In this document: one piece after another, positions 28,759 to 41,630 of the stretch
How positions within the stretch are numbered: the stretch's first letter is position 1
How the letters are laid out: the number at the start of each line of letters is the position of its first letter
From: a virus
Lineage: Duplodnaviria > Caudoviricetes
Strand: one strand, 5' to 3'
IMG/VR virus record: IMGVR_UViG_3300012210_000001
Location: 1-58,965 of that record
DNA length: 58,965 nucleotides
Notes under the pieces: generated by a model
Told to the model about the DNA's origin: nothing
What the model saw: only the letters and a program-made list of their open reading frames with translations
Databases searched by the model: none
Translations under genes and position numbers: made by a program

Positions 28759-31057
28759 ATAATTCTTTAATTTATCTTATCCGTATTTTCTGTTTCATCA
28801 ACTTCTATCTACATAATCCCACATTTCTATACACATCCCAGAATAATATATAGGAACTTGATATTTTCTATATATATTGCCCGGCGGATAATATTAATAA
28901 TTTCAGTTGAAACCATTGATAATCAATAAGTTATCCCTGGCGGAGACTATATCATCTCTATTTCTGATCATATCTTCTAATTTATGGGAAAAGCTTGTGG
29001 CAAACCAACATCCCATCGGGTCATTATTCTCACTAATTAAGAATTCAGTATTGAAATAATCGTCCTTGCTAACTTTCAGCTTTTTGCGATATTCAAAATG
29101 CAATTTACCAAGCGCTTCTTTAAGACTGTCTGACGTTAGTCTGGTTATTGTACCTTGTAGTTTTGTCCAATACTTATCGCCTTTCCCATGCGGCAGCATC
29201 TTTGAAGACCAAATTAGCAGGACAGTGAATTTATATTCATTACTCATGGCTTTGCTTTCTTCCATTCATGTTTAACCCTCGTTAGCTCTAGGCCATGGTC
29301 ATCAGGATGCTTTTCAAAACAATCTGGACAGCAGATAAAGAAAATGTCAGATCTATATCGTTGTTCTATTATATTCCATTTATAAAGCTCTTCACTAAAG
29401 GATTGTTTGCAATAATGACAATAACCATTTCTTATTTTATCTTCTTTCAATTTGCTAATTCTTGCAATTTCTAATTGTCCATATTTGTCCATATATTTAT
29501 CAATTGAAAAGATAACTGGATTAGCTCTAACATATTCTTCAGGCGTTGGCAAATCATCAGGTTGAATCATTTCTCACCACTCCATCCACACCAGCATTTA
29601 TTATTCGGCTTTGTTTGCCTTCTTTCTTGCACTCTTGGCAAATCATGGTCCCATCTAGGGAATGGCTGGCATAAATGCTTGCAGAATAGCGAAGATTAAA
29701 AATAGAATAAATAATGGGATCATGATAAATATATATTTCTTCGATAATCCATGCATATCTATCCAATAGAATATAAGCAGCCCAACAGCTATGTTAATCA
29801 TAACCATTCCTAGAGTAAGAAACCCAAATGTTGTGTGCAGTTGATCAAGTATAATTGGGGTTAGAGTCATATCTGAACTTCTCTTTCTAAATCTGGATCA
29901 ACAAAATTGATTTTATCTATGGGCTTATATCTATATTCTGGAATATTATAACTATTTTCCTTGCAATTATCGCACATTGCTTTAGCGTGTCCTTCTGTCT
30001 CCACATATCCGAATACATAATAACCGCTTTCGTCTTGATCTTCGTCAAAATTATAAATGGCTCTATATTGATAGATTAGATAAATCATAGTTCATTCTCC
30101 TTTAGTTCGGGGATTCCTAATTCCGGTAAAATAATAGGTAAAGAGAAAGTATAGTATAGTCCGGTTCTCTTTCCAATTAAAGTTACATTCAAATGATAAT
30201 ACTCCATATTCAGCACTGAAATTGTATTACTGTCATAATATTTAGTATATGCAGATATGCAGAATCCTTCTATTAATTTAAAGCCTTGATCCTCACTCTT
30301 TATATCAAGAATTTCCAGCTTTTCGTATAAAACTGCTTTTACGCGCTCTCTAATGTCTTCCCATTTCATGGTTTATCCTCAGTTAGTTGATTGTCTAAGT
30401 CTGCTTTCGTTACACAAATAGCAGGTATATAAATAACAAAATTCTCAGTGCTATACTCTAATGAGCCGCCATCCATCATGATGGATGGCACTTGTTCATT
30501 ACTGAATAGCTCTTTCAATCCTTGTTTAATTTCTTCTTTTTCATGTTCATTCATGCTTAGGCTCCTGGTTTGGGGAAAATATGCATTTATCATGCTTATA
30601 TGCACATTTCTTACAAATATCTTTTTCACATAATCTACATGTGTGTACGTTTTTTTCATCAGTACTATAATCACAAATATCACAATACCACACTCTATCA
30701 ATAAGACTCATAACTAAACTCCAATAAACTTGAATATGCGAATCATGAAATATAGACACTTACTATATAATCTATTCCATTGCGTTTCTTTCCTGAATTC
30801 CTTAAGTTGTTCTGGAGACATTTGGGATTCTAGATCACGGATTAGTTTCCAATTAGCTTCAATTTGTTCATCAGTTATCTTCATGATTTACGCTCAGCAG
30901 TTTGATTGTTTAAATTTATATCCCAATTACTTCTAATTTTACTGATATTAATTAGCTTATATATTATAGCTTTATCCTCTGTAGTAAGATTATGTCTTCC
31001 CTCCTCTAAAAGATTCTGCAATGATTCTATTGTTATAGGCATATCATCCCTTTAATA

Positions 31058-31270
31058 TTAAATTTCTTCTGGTGGTTTTGGCAGCGGCATCCAGTGCGTA
31101 ATATTCGGAACTCGACAATAATCAAATATAGTTCTAAATTGAAAACTTCCAATTTCCGTCTTTGTATAAGTGATCGTTACAATGGTCTTGCCTGAAGTAA
31201 TGCCTAATACGGGAGTTTCTTGTTCCGGCAAACTCTCTTTAACACTGATCCATTGACTTATATGACTCAT
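31058..31270 (-). CDS. DUF551 family protein
   Basis: WISVKESLPE...ITHWMPLPKPP. Confidence 0.88.
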   Translation of the reverse strand: MSHISQWISVKESLPEQETPVLGITSGKTIVTITYTKTEIGSFQFRTIFDYCRVPNITHWMPLPKPPEEI

Positions 31271-32871
31271 AAGGTAGTCTCTCCTTGGATCATCAATTAC
31301 AGACATTCCAGTAAATTTATTCTGGTCCAGTGACAATTGTTTCACCATCATTCTTAATATTAAAATCCGACTTCTTCCCACACACTCCGCAATGATTCAT
31401 TCCAAATGTACGAATGTCAAGGAATTCATCACTAAAGTCAAATGCTGTGTCATAATACTGACCATCGAATGTACACTGAAAGAACTTGTGTCGTCCGTGT
31501 AACCAGCATTTGAGTTTGTTTATATATTTCATTGCTCTATTCCTATAGCCGCCTCTAAGAGCAATATCTTATCAACTGGATCATAAGCGAGTCTTAAGCT
31601 AATACCACTTTTTTCATCTATGCGACAATCAGAAATATATGGATAAGTTTCTAATAGGTATAGAAAGCAAACTTTATAATTATCCTTGTTTTTATTATAT
31701 CTGATAATATCATGAACGAACAATTCACATCGACATGCTAATAATCCAACATCATTATTGCCAAAATCCCACATATATGTATCAATTGAATTGAATTTAG
31801 ATAAGTCATATCTTGTTACAATATGAAATGGTTGATATACTGCTAATGGAAGTATTAAGATAGGGTCTATTTTATCTTTCAATACAAATAACTTACTAAA
31901 TAGATTTATTGAAGCGGAGTTAATCGCTTTAAGAATAGAGAGAACTTCATCAGTTTTCATTTGTCGGCTCTATAAATTGATTGGTCAAAAGTTGATAATA
32001 TATTATCCTCTAAACTCTTATTATTATCAAATTCTAAAACTTGATCAAATTCTTCTTCATTGATATCTTTATTTTCAATCTTTGCAACAGCAAAACCACT
32101 AGTGAGCATTAGACGTTTCATCAAGCTATTAATCATATTTCAACCATCCTTCATAAACCTCTATCTTATCATCCTTTTCTTTCTTAGCAAAGAAGTGGCT
32201 GCCTTCATAGCTGGGAGGTATATAGAAATGCCCATCATTAGCTATATCTTGCATAAACTTATGCCCACCTGTATTGATTAGCGTGATATTCTTAAAGCCG
32301 GAGAGTTTGAAGGGGGATTTTTTCATTCTTCTTCCATATTTTCAAACATCTCATCCATATCGCAGGGCAGAACAGAATCTAAATATTCCATTTGCTTATT
32401 TAATAAGTCATTTTCTTTCTGTAAGACTTTAATATGTTCTCGCAAATGCTTTATCTCATCTTCAAGCAAGTATTTTGCTGGCTCAGATATTAATAATCTT
32501 CCATTTTCGGTAATGGTTTTTTTAACTGTCATTCTCTATCCTCTAGTTCAATCATTAATCAACTTTTCCTGGTAATTTAAGGCTCATCTCATCAATTTCA
32601 AATCCACAATAACCTAAATATAAATTTATGGGTTCTATTTCTAATAAAAAACCTTGAGCGATTAAATAAGGAACAATTTCGTCCATTTGTTCATATTTAT
32701 ATTCATAATCATCTCCATATATTTTCGGATAAGTAGCGATAAACTTGATTAGCTCTTCTTTAGGATCGAAAGTTTTTAATATAACAAAAAATCCCATTAC
32801 GGTATAACTCGAATATTCTCTCATATCAATCATTAATAACTGACCTGCTTTAGCAATTGGTTTATTATTAG

Positions 32872-33168
32872 TCATAAGCTTTCCTCAAACTCAAATACAT
32901 GTCCCACAAATCTGCCCCAATGATTATCGGCATCTTCCAATTGAAATGATCCCAAGTATCTTGATTCAGCAAGATCAAATGTTTTTCCTGTCATCCGGAC
33001 AATAAATTTTCTATCAGTCCTTTCTTTCTCTTCAGGATCATGCATAAACCACATATAAGGTTCATTATCCTGAACAGCCAATCTTAAAAAGATAGAATTT
33101 ACCGGCATAGAGATACTTGTTTCTGGAAATCTACTTATTTGATATTTATAAATAATTCTATTCTTCAT
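32872..33168 (-). CDS. Conserved phage hypothetical protein
   Basis: IYKYQI...TG..F...YLGSFQ...FVGHVFE. Confidence 0.7.
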   Translation of the reverse strand: MKNRIIYKYQISRFPETSISMPVNSIFLRLAVQDNEPYMWFMHDPEEKERTDRKFIVRMTGKTFDLAESRYLGSFQLEDADNHWGRFVGHVFEFEESL

Positions 33169-33783
33169 AAATTTTCCTCAAATTTAGTCGCGATAATGGC
33201 TTGATCGAGACATTCTTCAAGACACGAACCACTGAAACTATATTCTAGATTGCTATCTTCATCAAAATTAGCAGTATATAAAAAAATCATATATGGGAAA
33301 TTATTTGCTTGCTTAATACTAAAATGATAATCAGCATTATTGAAAAACCTCAAATAAACTTCCGGCTTAAACCGTGGTCGATAATTGTTTGTATTCATAT
33401 ACCAATTATGGTACATTATATCCAGTATGTCAAATCAATTAGTGATATTATTTTTAGGCTATTTGCACTAATTGAATAGATTAGTTAAACTAGAGGAGAA
33501 TAATTGTGAGTTCAGAAATGCGTATACAGGCTTTTAAAGAGATCACTGAGAATAAGAAATGGGAAGATATGAAAGAAATCTGGGAATTATGTAAAACTAA
33601 TAAAATTCCTATTCCTCAAGAAGTGATCAATTATTTTGAAGGGGGAGAACCACACTTTTATGGAATTAGTGTAAATATTAATAATTTAGTACGATGCAGG
33701 ACACTGGGTTGGAAACATTATGCAGATATTCGCTTATGCGACTTACCATCCGACATTAGTATGCTGCGATTCTTGGTATAATT

Positions 33784-34026
33784 ATGAACAAAGAAACTAC
33801 CTTATCTCCTAGAGATATCAAATCTGATTCACAGCTTCATATTCCTATGGAATGCTATAGGCTAGTGGGCGAATTCTTCAAGGGCGACAAGAAAAAGACT
33901 AATCTATGGTTTGAGAGCAAGAATCCGCTGCTAGGCAATGTTAGCCCTGATGACATGCTAGAGATGGGTAGAGGATGGAAGTTGTTAAAGTTTCTTCAGG
34001 CACAATTAGATGGGAATAATCCATGA
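33784..34026 (+). CDS. MbcA/ParS/Xre-type antitoxin C-terminal domain protein (orphan)
   Basis: FFKGDKKKTNLWFESKNPLLGNVSPDDMLEMGRG matches the W...N..LG..SP..L motif. Confidence 0.7.
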   Translation: MNKETTLSPRDIKSDSQLHIPMECYRLVGEFFKGDKKKTNLWFESKNPLLGNVSPDDMLEMGRGWKLLKFLQAQLDGNNP

Positions 34027-34678
34027 GCAAGAACAAGAGCTTTGAATTTTTAAAGTACAAGTCACACCAAATTAGTCATAGTAATTTAGCTTCTTTTATT
34101 ACGCCCAATATGAACAAAATTATAAAATATAAACCTCCTTGTATTTTATGTCGTTCTAATTGTGAACAAGTTTGTTTTAGCAAGTTTTCTCACTCTGATG
34201 ATTCATATATGATAGTATATTCTATTTGTAAATCATGTCTTAATGATAAAGATCATGAGGGAAAAATGTTGAAATTTGTGAAGACTAAGTTATTTCATTG
34301 AGGAGAGTAGTCCATGTTAGCACAACTTGATATAACTTTGGCTCAATTAAGTCTAGTGGAATGGATTAAGCTACTTGCAGTCATTTATATGGTAGGACTA
34401 GCTGGGATGATGGCAATAATCGTTCCTTATATGGGCTATACAATTATAAGAGATATTATAGAAGATATTTGGTGGAAGTCAGAATGAGCTTAGTGAGCAA
34501 TTGGCTGAGAGAGCTAAGGATTATTGGGCCACCTGATCCATCATTATTCTCTGATCTAAAATATTATGTGGAGTACGCGCCTGGTTATACTAACTTTGGG
34601 AATCTCATATATACGGGGCATATTAGTTATATTAGTAAAGATGCTTTGAGAATAGCATATCCATTGGGAGATTAATAA

Positions 34679-35515
34679 ATGACCATATTAATAAACTCAA
34701 TTCCCATTGAAAGTTTTAACTTTCCAGGTGGTGAATGTTCTGTAAAGATTCCTGAAATTTGCTTTGATAGGAATGCAATTACAGCTTATCTCTATTCTTC
34801 AAATGACATAATGAAATTGTTATTAACGGTTGATGCAATACGCCGAATTTATCCAATGGCTAAGATTACTTTAATTATTCCTTACTTTCCATATGCTAGA
34901 CAAGATAGAGTCTGTAATCAAGGAGAAGCTTTGAGTGTTAAAATAATGGCTAATCTAATTAATGGCTTGAATTGTGATGAAGTTATTATCTATGATCCGC
35001 ATTCTGACGTAACATCTGCATTGATTAATAATTGTCATACTGTCGATTCCTTGAAGTTAATTAATGGTAGTATATTATTCAATACTATTGAAGATGATCA
35101 AAATTTAATATTTATCTCTCCTGATAATGGAGCAGAAAAGAAAGTTAGAAATATAGCAAAATATTTTAATCGCCGTATGATATGTGCAACTAAAGTAAGG
35201 GATATAGCAACGGGTGAGATTATAGATACTCATATTATGTTGCGGGATCATATTATAGTTAATCCAAATCAAAATTTGCTCATTATTGATGATATTTGTG
35301 ATGGTGGAAGAACATTTATTGAAATTGCTAAGAAATTAGTAGCACAAAGACCAAAAGGTAATCTCTATCTGTATGTTACTCATGGCATATTTTCTAAAGG
35401 TTTAGACCCATTAAAAGAGTACTTCAATAAAGTATTTTGCTATCATACTATGTTGCCTTCAGATAGAATTGACCGAGATTTTTTAACTATTATTGGAGAG
35501 AGACATGCTGATTAA
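34679..35515 (+). CDS. Prs-like pyrophosphokinase; candidate ADPR-PP synthase (Adps) of NARP1
   Basis: FPGGE, IPYFPYARQDR, DPHS, SPDNGA, K.RD..TG.I, IIDDICDGGRTF, YVTHGIFSKG. Confidence 0.88.
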   Translation: MTILINSIPIESFNFPGGECSVKIPEICFDRNAITAYLYSSNDIMKLLLTVDAIRRIYPMAKITLIIPYFPYARQDRVCNQGEALSVKIMANLINGLNCDEVIIYDPHSDVTSALINNCHTVDSLKLINGSILFNTIEDDQNLIFISPDNGAEKKVRNIAKYFNRRMICATKVRDIATGEIIDTHIMLRDHIIVNPNQNLLIIDDICDGGRTFIEIAKKLVAQRPKGNLYLYVTHGIFSKGLDPLKEYFNKVFCYHTMLPSDRIDRDFLTIIGERHAD

Positions 35516-36986
35516 TGCATTAAATGCAATTGATTTCTATAAAACTGATCATCGCAGACAATATCCGGCTGGCACAACAGAGGTATATGCTAACTTTACC
35601 CCGAGAAGTGATCATTATGCAAATATGGGAATTGATTTTGACCATCATATTATATTCTTTGGATTGCAATATTTTATTCTGGATTATCTAATCGGAAATT
35701 GGAGTCAAACATTCTTTCGTTTACGCAAAAGCGTAGCCATTTCTGCTTATAAAAGGCGCATGGATTTTGCATTAGGAGAAGATGCCATCCGTATGGAGCA
35801 TATTGAAGCGTTGCATGATCTAGGATATTTACCATTGAAAATTAAAGCACTTCCTGAAGGCACGCGAGTACCCATTGGTGTGCCAGTATTGACTATATTA
35901 AATACCCATCCTGATTTCTTCTGGCTGACTAATTATATTGAGTCTGTTTTATCTTGTTATTTGTGGAAACCAATTACTTCAGCCACTATTGCATTTCAAT
36001 ATAGAAAACTCTTGACTCAATATGCACTGAAAACGCATAGTTCTTTAGATTTTGTTCCATTTCAAGCGCATGATTTCTCTTTCAGGGGACTTAGTGGGCC
36101 TCAAGATGCAGCAAGTAGTGGAGCGGCTCATTTAACGTCTTTCGTAGGCACGGATACGGTTCTAGCAATAGATTTTCATGAATACTATTATGGTGCTGAT
36201 GCGGAAATAGAGTTAATCGGTTGTTCTGTTCCGGCTACTGAACATTCAGTAATGTGTATGGGCATGGAGGATGGAGAATTGAATACCTTTAGGCGACTAA
36301 TCAATGACATCTATCCATCCGGTATTGTCTCTATTGTCTCGGATACATGGGATTTCTGGAAAGTGATTACTGAATATACAGTAGAGCTTAAGCAAGATAT
36401 ATTGCAGCGTAATGGTAAGGTAGTATTAAGACCAGACTCAGGTGATCCCATTAAAATTATATGTGGTGATCCAGAAGCCGAAAAATACAGCCCTCAATAT
36501 AAAGGTGCTGTTCAATGTTTATGGGAAGTATTCGGTGGTGAAACTAGAAATGGATACAGTCATTTAGATAGTCATATTGGTTTAATCTATGGCGATTCAA
36601 TTACATTAGATCGTGCTGAAATGATTTTAAAGGGATTAGCTAATAAAGGATTCGCCTCCGATAATATCGTATTTGGAGTGGGTTCATATACCTACCAACA
36701 TGTAACGCGCGATACATTCGGATGGGCAGTAAAAACAACTAGTGGAAAGGTTGGTAATGAGCGTAGGGATATATTTAAAGACCCTAAAACAGATTCCGGG
36801 ACTAAGCGGTCAGCTAAGGGATTATTGAGAATAGATTATAATGAGCAGGGAAAACTTGCTTTATTTGATCAACAAACGCTTGAACAAGAGAATACTGGAA
36901 AATTAGAAACGATATTCTTGAATGGAAGCCTTAAGATTAGTACTACACTTCAAGAGATTAGAGAACGAATAAAGGAACAATTATGA
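35505..36986 (+). CDS. Nampt-like protein; candidate nicotinamide ADPR-transferase (Namat) of NARP1
   Basis: DFYKTDHRRQYP, HDFSFRG, GTDT, SVPATEHSVMC, SIVSDTWD, RPDSGDP, IYGDSIT, KDPKTDSG. Overlaps the Prs-like gene. Confidence 0.9.
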   Translation: MLINALNAIDFYKTDHRRQYPAGTTEVYANFTPRSDHYANMGIDFDHHIIFFGLQYFILDYLIGNWSQTFFRLRKSVAISAYKRRMDFALGEDAIRMEHIEALHDLGYLPLKIKALPEGTRVPIGVPVLTILNTHPDFFWLTNYIESVLSCYLWKPITSATIAFQYRKLLTQYALKTHSSLDFVPFQAHDFSFRGLSGPQDAASSGAAHLTSFVGTDTVLAIDFHEYYYGADAEIELIGCSVPATEHSVMCMGMEDGELNTFRRLINDIYPSGIVSIVSDTWDFWKVITEYTVELKQDILQRNGKVVLRPDSGDPIKIICGDPEAEKYSPQYKGAVQCLWEVFGGETRNGYSHLDSHIGLIYGDSITLDRAEMILKGLANKGFASDNIVFGVGSYTYQHVTRDTFGWAVKTTSGKVGNERRDIFKDPKTDSGTKRSAKGLLRIDYNEQGKLALFDQQTLEQENTGKLETIFLNGSLKISTTLQEIRERIKEQL

Positions 36987-37225
36987 CTGCAATCGCTGAC
37001 AAAATAAAAGAACTCGAAGCGCAATTGGCTGTCTTGAAAAGCTTACAACAGCAGGACCCATTGGAACCCTATAGACAACCATTCCCTGAGCCTCTATTGC
37101 CAGCGGTGCCAGCCCAACCTCCCTGGTGGGGATATCCTCATCATTATGGATGCACATGTCATAATTGTCAGACGTATTGCGCAATAATGCCTTATAGATA
37201 ATAACTAACTGTAGGAAGTATAATT

Positions 37226-37492
37226 ATGGCAACAAAGAAAGGTTTTTATTTAATTGATTTTCTTTTAAAAGAGTATGATTTTGCTTTTCCAGATCGTGAA
37301 ACAGCTCTTAAAAGAATAAGTAAATATGTTACAGTCAATGGAAAGAGTGTATCTCCTGATTATCAGGTTGAACTGGATGATTTCATTATGATTGCATCAA
37401 ATAATGAAGAATATGAATGGCCTCTTGAGCCACGATCTTTGGGACACTTTCTGAAAATAGCTGATCCTTCAACCATCCATTGTATGGAATAG
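37226..37492 (+). CDS. S4-like RNA-binding domain protein
   Basis: RETALKRISKYVTVNGKSVSPDYQVELDDFI follows the S4 consensus R..A...I....V.VNG..V.P.Y.V...D.I. Confidence 0.6.
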   Translation: MATKKGFYLIDFLLKEYDFAFPDRETALKRISKYVTVNGKSVSPDYQVELDDFIMIASNNEEYEWPLEPRSLGHFLKIADPSTIHCME

Positions 37493-38962
37493 GGATTATT
37501 CAATGATAACTAACTGCCCATTTACCGGACAAGAGTATGATGATTATCAATTAGATAAAATTCTATCTGAAATTGATGTGCATATAAAATCAGCATTAAA
37601 TAATGCAACATCTATTTTTAGGGATGAATTAGAAAAAGCCTTCCTTGAGAAGAGCAAAGCTGGAGAGGGTTTTTAAAATGAAAATAATCATTAACTTTAT
37701 ACTTGTAATTCTGAATCTTCTAATCACTGGTATGATATTTAGATTAATCATACTTACTCTTCATGAAATGAATAATGGCCTGATATTCGTTCCATTCTAT
37801 ATTTATGGTCTTACATATTTTTTAAGCCTGATTATAAAGTTTAGTAGTAGCAATAAATGAAAGAATCAAATAACTCATTTGAAATACCAGTTATGGGCAT
37901 TGATGGAACTAATGAATTAAAATTATACGATATACTCTGGGGTAAGTCTTATGTTTCAGAATATTCAATGCGCATAGCTGTTCCTTATTTGCGACGTATT
38001 AAGTCTTGGATGGCTTTACCACTCAATGAAAGAATTAATTTTATGAATATGCGGAGACAAAATAAAGCTTACAATAAAATTATTACTCAGCACGCACATA
38101 AAAGAGGCTATTTCATTAATGGGCGTAAGGTTTTCAAAATTATATGTGATCTTTCGCCATTGGATAAAATATGATTAAATTCCTAAAGCATCTTTTTAAG
38201 CCAAAGATTTGTAATCATCCCTCTGCGAAGGGATATATTGTTAAGTGCGACAAACCGGGCTGTATGGAAAGACAAAAAATAATGAATATAAATATATATT
38301 CTTCCCTTGGTGATACAGACCCAATGGAGTTATATAAGGCATGGACTAATCCACAATCTGCTCCCCTAAATTATGATCCTGATCGTCCAATCTTAAGGGA
38401 GTGGGGATGTTTTTGTAAATATCCTTCTGAGCAATTGATTGCCCAAGATCAATTAATATACTTTCCTGGAATGGCAGCATGTTTAAAATTGATAGATTCT
38501 GATATGCTGATTCAATTGTATCAATGTCAGCAATGCAAGAACACCACAAGAATGTTTCTTAAGAAGATTGCAAAATCGTTTAACTGGTATTACTGCTAAT
38601 GGGTATATTTGATGAGCTAATGAATATATTTGATGAAATGTTTTTTTATGGTCTATCTCATCAATATGGATATATTGATTTAGGGGCTGCTGTGAATTGT
38701 GGAATGCAGCACCAATTAGCTAGCCAGCAGATGTTAGCAGCTCAGATGGCTAAGAGAGAGGAAATTCCCTTAATTAATGTCGAAATTAAAGAAAAACCTT
38801 TAATAGAGGCCGATGCTAAGGGTAAGTCAAGATCATTTGACTGGTATCATTGTTAGATAGATATAATCTATTCAGCCAACTATAATTATCCATTCTTAAA
38901 CTATAAACTAATAACAAAAATAATGCAATACCCTATTTACTTATTGAATAGAATAGTGTAAT

Positions 38963-39430
38963 GTGAGGATAATTATTATTTTGGAATATACAATGCGACC
39001 AACCAGAGATAGAATTAATTATGCATTAGAGCAGATAACTAATCATAATAGTGATTTCTTAGACATAAAGAATCGACTCACCAGAATGGAAGGCCAGCTT
39101 GATTCTATCTTTAAGTTCATGAGTGACGTTCACATGAAAATGGCCGCGACTTTAGAGGCTTTCCATTGTCTTGATGCTACCTTAAAGGTTAATTCAATTG
39201 ATACTACTATGGAGATTCTAGACAATCGACTAGAAACTATTACTATTGAGCTACATGAACGACTAGACAACATTACAGATAATCTTGAGTCATCCCTTGA
39301 TGAATTGCTTGATAATAAATATTCAGACAATGATGATTCAGAAGAAGAGCAAAAGAAAATCGCTTATAAACTTTTAATTCTTCGTGATAATGACAAGGCC
39401 ACAATGATTAATGTAATTGAGGATGAATAA
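38963..39430 (+). CDS. Coiled-coil hypothetical protein
   Basis: Heptad-like LD.RL repeats. Confidence 0.55.
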   Translation: MRIIIILEYTMRPTRDRINYALEQITNHNSDFLDIKNRLTRMEGQLDSIFKFMSDVHMKMAATLEAFHCLDATLKVNSIDTTMEILDNRLETITIELHERLDNITDNLESSLDELLDNKYSDNDDSEEEQKKIAYKLLILRDNDKATMINVIEDE

Positions 39431-39685
39431 ATGATAAAGAAAATTATTGCTATTGTTTTTTTTGGGACAATTCTTTCCGGCTGTACGGACGCTGAATTAT
39501 CCTCTTTCGATACTCTGAGTAATCCAGAACATGTTCAATGTTATTCTGGTGGTAAGCTAATCTATGAAGGCGATTCTACGGGTAAGGTTCTTAGTGTAGA
39601 GAAAAGTGATGGATATTATTTCAGAGATAAAGCTACGCAAAAATTAGTTGAGATTAGCGCAGATTGTATTTTTACGCAAATATAG
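39431..39685 (+). CDS. Phage lipoprotein
   Basis: Signal peptide with LSGC lipobox; CYSGGKLIYEG motif. Confidence 0.75.
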   Translation: MIKKIIAIVFFGTILSGCTDAELSSFDTLSNPEHVQCYSGGKLIYEGDSTGKVLSVEKSDGYYFRDKATQKLVEISADCIFTQI

Positions 39686-40518
39686 GATAGGTAAATAATG
39701 CCAATGCCAGAAATATATTCCCAGATATTCCATATATCACCTGAGAGTGTTGAAGGGCACGTTCTGCCCGAAGGTTTTGATAGAGCTTTTCAAATTCGAC
39801 TAAAAGAATTTGATAATAAAATACTATCCTGTAATATATATTATAAAAGTGATTCGCTTCCCTGGCATAATATTGATGAGAAAGATATGTTAGAAATGTG
39901 CGGAAGATTTAATGAACATTTAGACAGTAAAAGGAAAAAGAATAATGATTGAATTAAAAACCCGAATTGAAGAAACTTGTCCAAATCTCAATAATAATAG
40001 AAATGAAGAACTCTCTATTGCATGGGCTTTCGGTGGAGATGGACAATATGAAGAAGCAGTTATTGTTATAGGAGTTGAATTCAATAAAGCTAAATTATTT
40101 CAGATTAAAGAAAGAGATATGGAAGCTGCTTTGAAAAGAATAAATTCACGATTAAAAGACGCTTACGAGGCCAATCAATGCAAGACTTAACCCCTGAACA
40201 AATAACCGAAGCTGAAAAAGCACTCTTAGCCCATCGTCATAAGATGAAAAAGGTTGCTGACTTTATTAACGAACCCATGAAAGATAAGAATGGTGAAGTG
40301 ATTAAAGATAGGCAAGGTAAAGCAAAATCTATGTCAATGCATTTGCGTACTCAGTATGTAGCATGTGCCTTGGATGAGCTAAATGAACGGGTAACTAACT
40401 CCTTTTCAATGTATGCATATAACTATAATAAAGCATTTGATGAGCTATTTAGACGTTTGGAAAAGCTGGAAAGTAAGAATAGCGAAGTTGAAGCAGATGA
40501 AGCCGTCAAGTAAATGTC

Positions 40519-40866
40519 GTGTGCATCCTTATGGATATATCTAAAAAGTTTATTCACTGTAGAAAGCATGGTGAATCAGAAGCCTATGAGCGTCCTTATG
40601 TTGAAGGAAGAAAACAACGGCTTAGATGTCACACTTGTATTCTAAATTATAGGCAGAAATATAGAAAAATTAAGATGGAAAAGAGAAAGGCTGTCTATAA
40701 GATTCCCTATGAATACAAATGCGCTCCCCTCTCGGGCTGTATTCCAATCGAGAGATATGGATATCTAGGGTGCCATCATTGTATTGGCAAGTGGGATGAT
40801 TATCAGCTAAAATATCTATTAGCGTTTAAACCGCAACCTTATCGGTGGGAGTGGAATCAGATATAA
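40519..40866 (+). CDS. CxxH...CxxC Zn-binding protein
   Basis: CRKHGE...LRCHTC, similar to the module in 28176..28604. Confidence 0.5.
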   Translation: MCILMDISKKFIHCRKHGESEAYERPYVEGRKQRLRCHTCILNYRQKYRKIKMEKRKAVYKIPYEYKCAPLSGCIPIERYGYLGCHHCIGKWDDYQLKYLLAFKPQPYRWEWNQI

Positions 40867-41630
40867 TGGGAATTAATATAAATTTTAGAAGATGGCATCC
40901 ACATTCTGACCATCCAGAATGGGATAGTCTACGTTATGGGGGTGATAAAGAATTTCCAGATTTTTGTAGAGATTTACCTCAGATAAATCATCCAGATATT
41001 AAAGAAATGAGTGATTATTATGATGAATATCCTTTTCGTCCAGATGATTTCAAATTATGGAGAATGGCTATTCGTAAAAGTAAATTGCCATTTCGCGCAA
41101 GATTTCTTAAGTTGATGAGTTTATGTGAGCAGAATCCAGACTATTGGATTAGTTTTATTTATTAAGTAGGAAATCAGATATGATAGACTATCTAATTAGC
41201 TTTATAAAAAAAAACCATGCTCGATATGTTCTTGGTACATTGTCTATTTTGAGCAGAACCTATAGTACTGGTGAACTAATGGCTGACAATTGTGATTACT
41301 TTTTCAGTGAAATAATTGAGAGTAAACCTACTATAGATCAAATAGCTAATCATTTAAAAGGATTAAGGAAATATCAAGATATCGGTCCTCATCCAATTAC
41401 AATTATTATTTTTATGGATGGCTATGGTAGCCTTGCAATTATGTCTAATAATGGTACTCGACTCACAACATCTAAGGTGAAATATGACAATAATTAAAGA
41501 AAGATTGAATAAGTTTAGGAAATTATGTACTAAACATAAAATGTCTGGGAATTATACTCTTAATACTTGGATTTGGTTTTTATATCAGCATGGTTTCTTA
41601 GATAGTTTCTCGACAAATGGCGATTAATTA

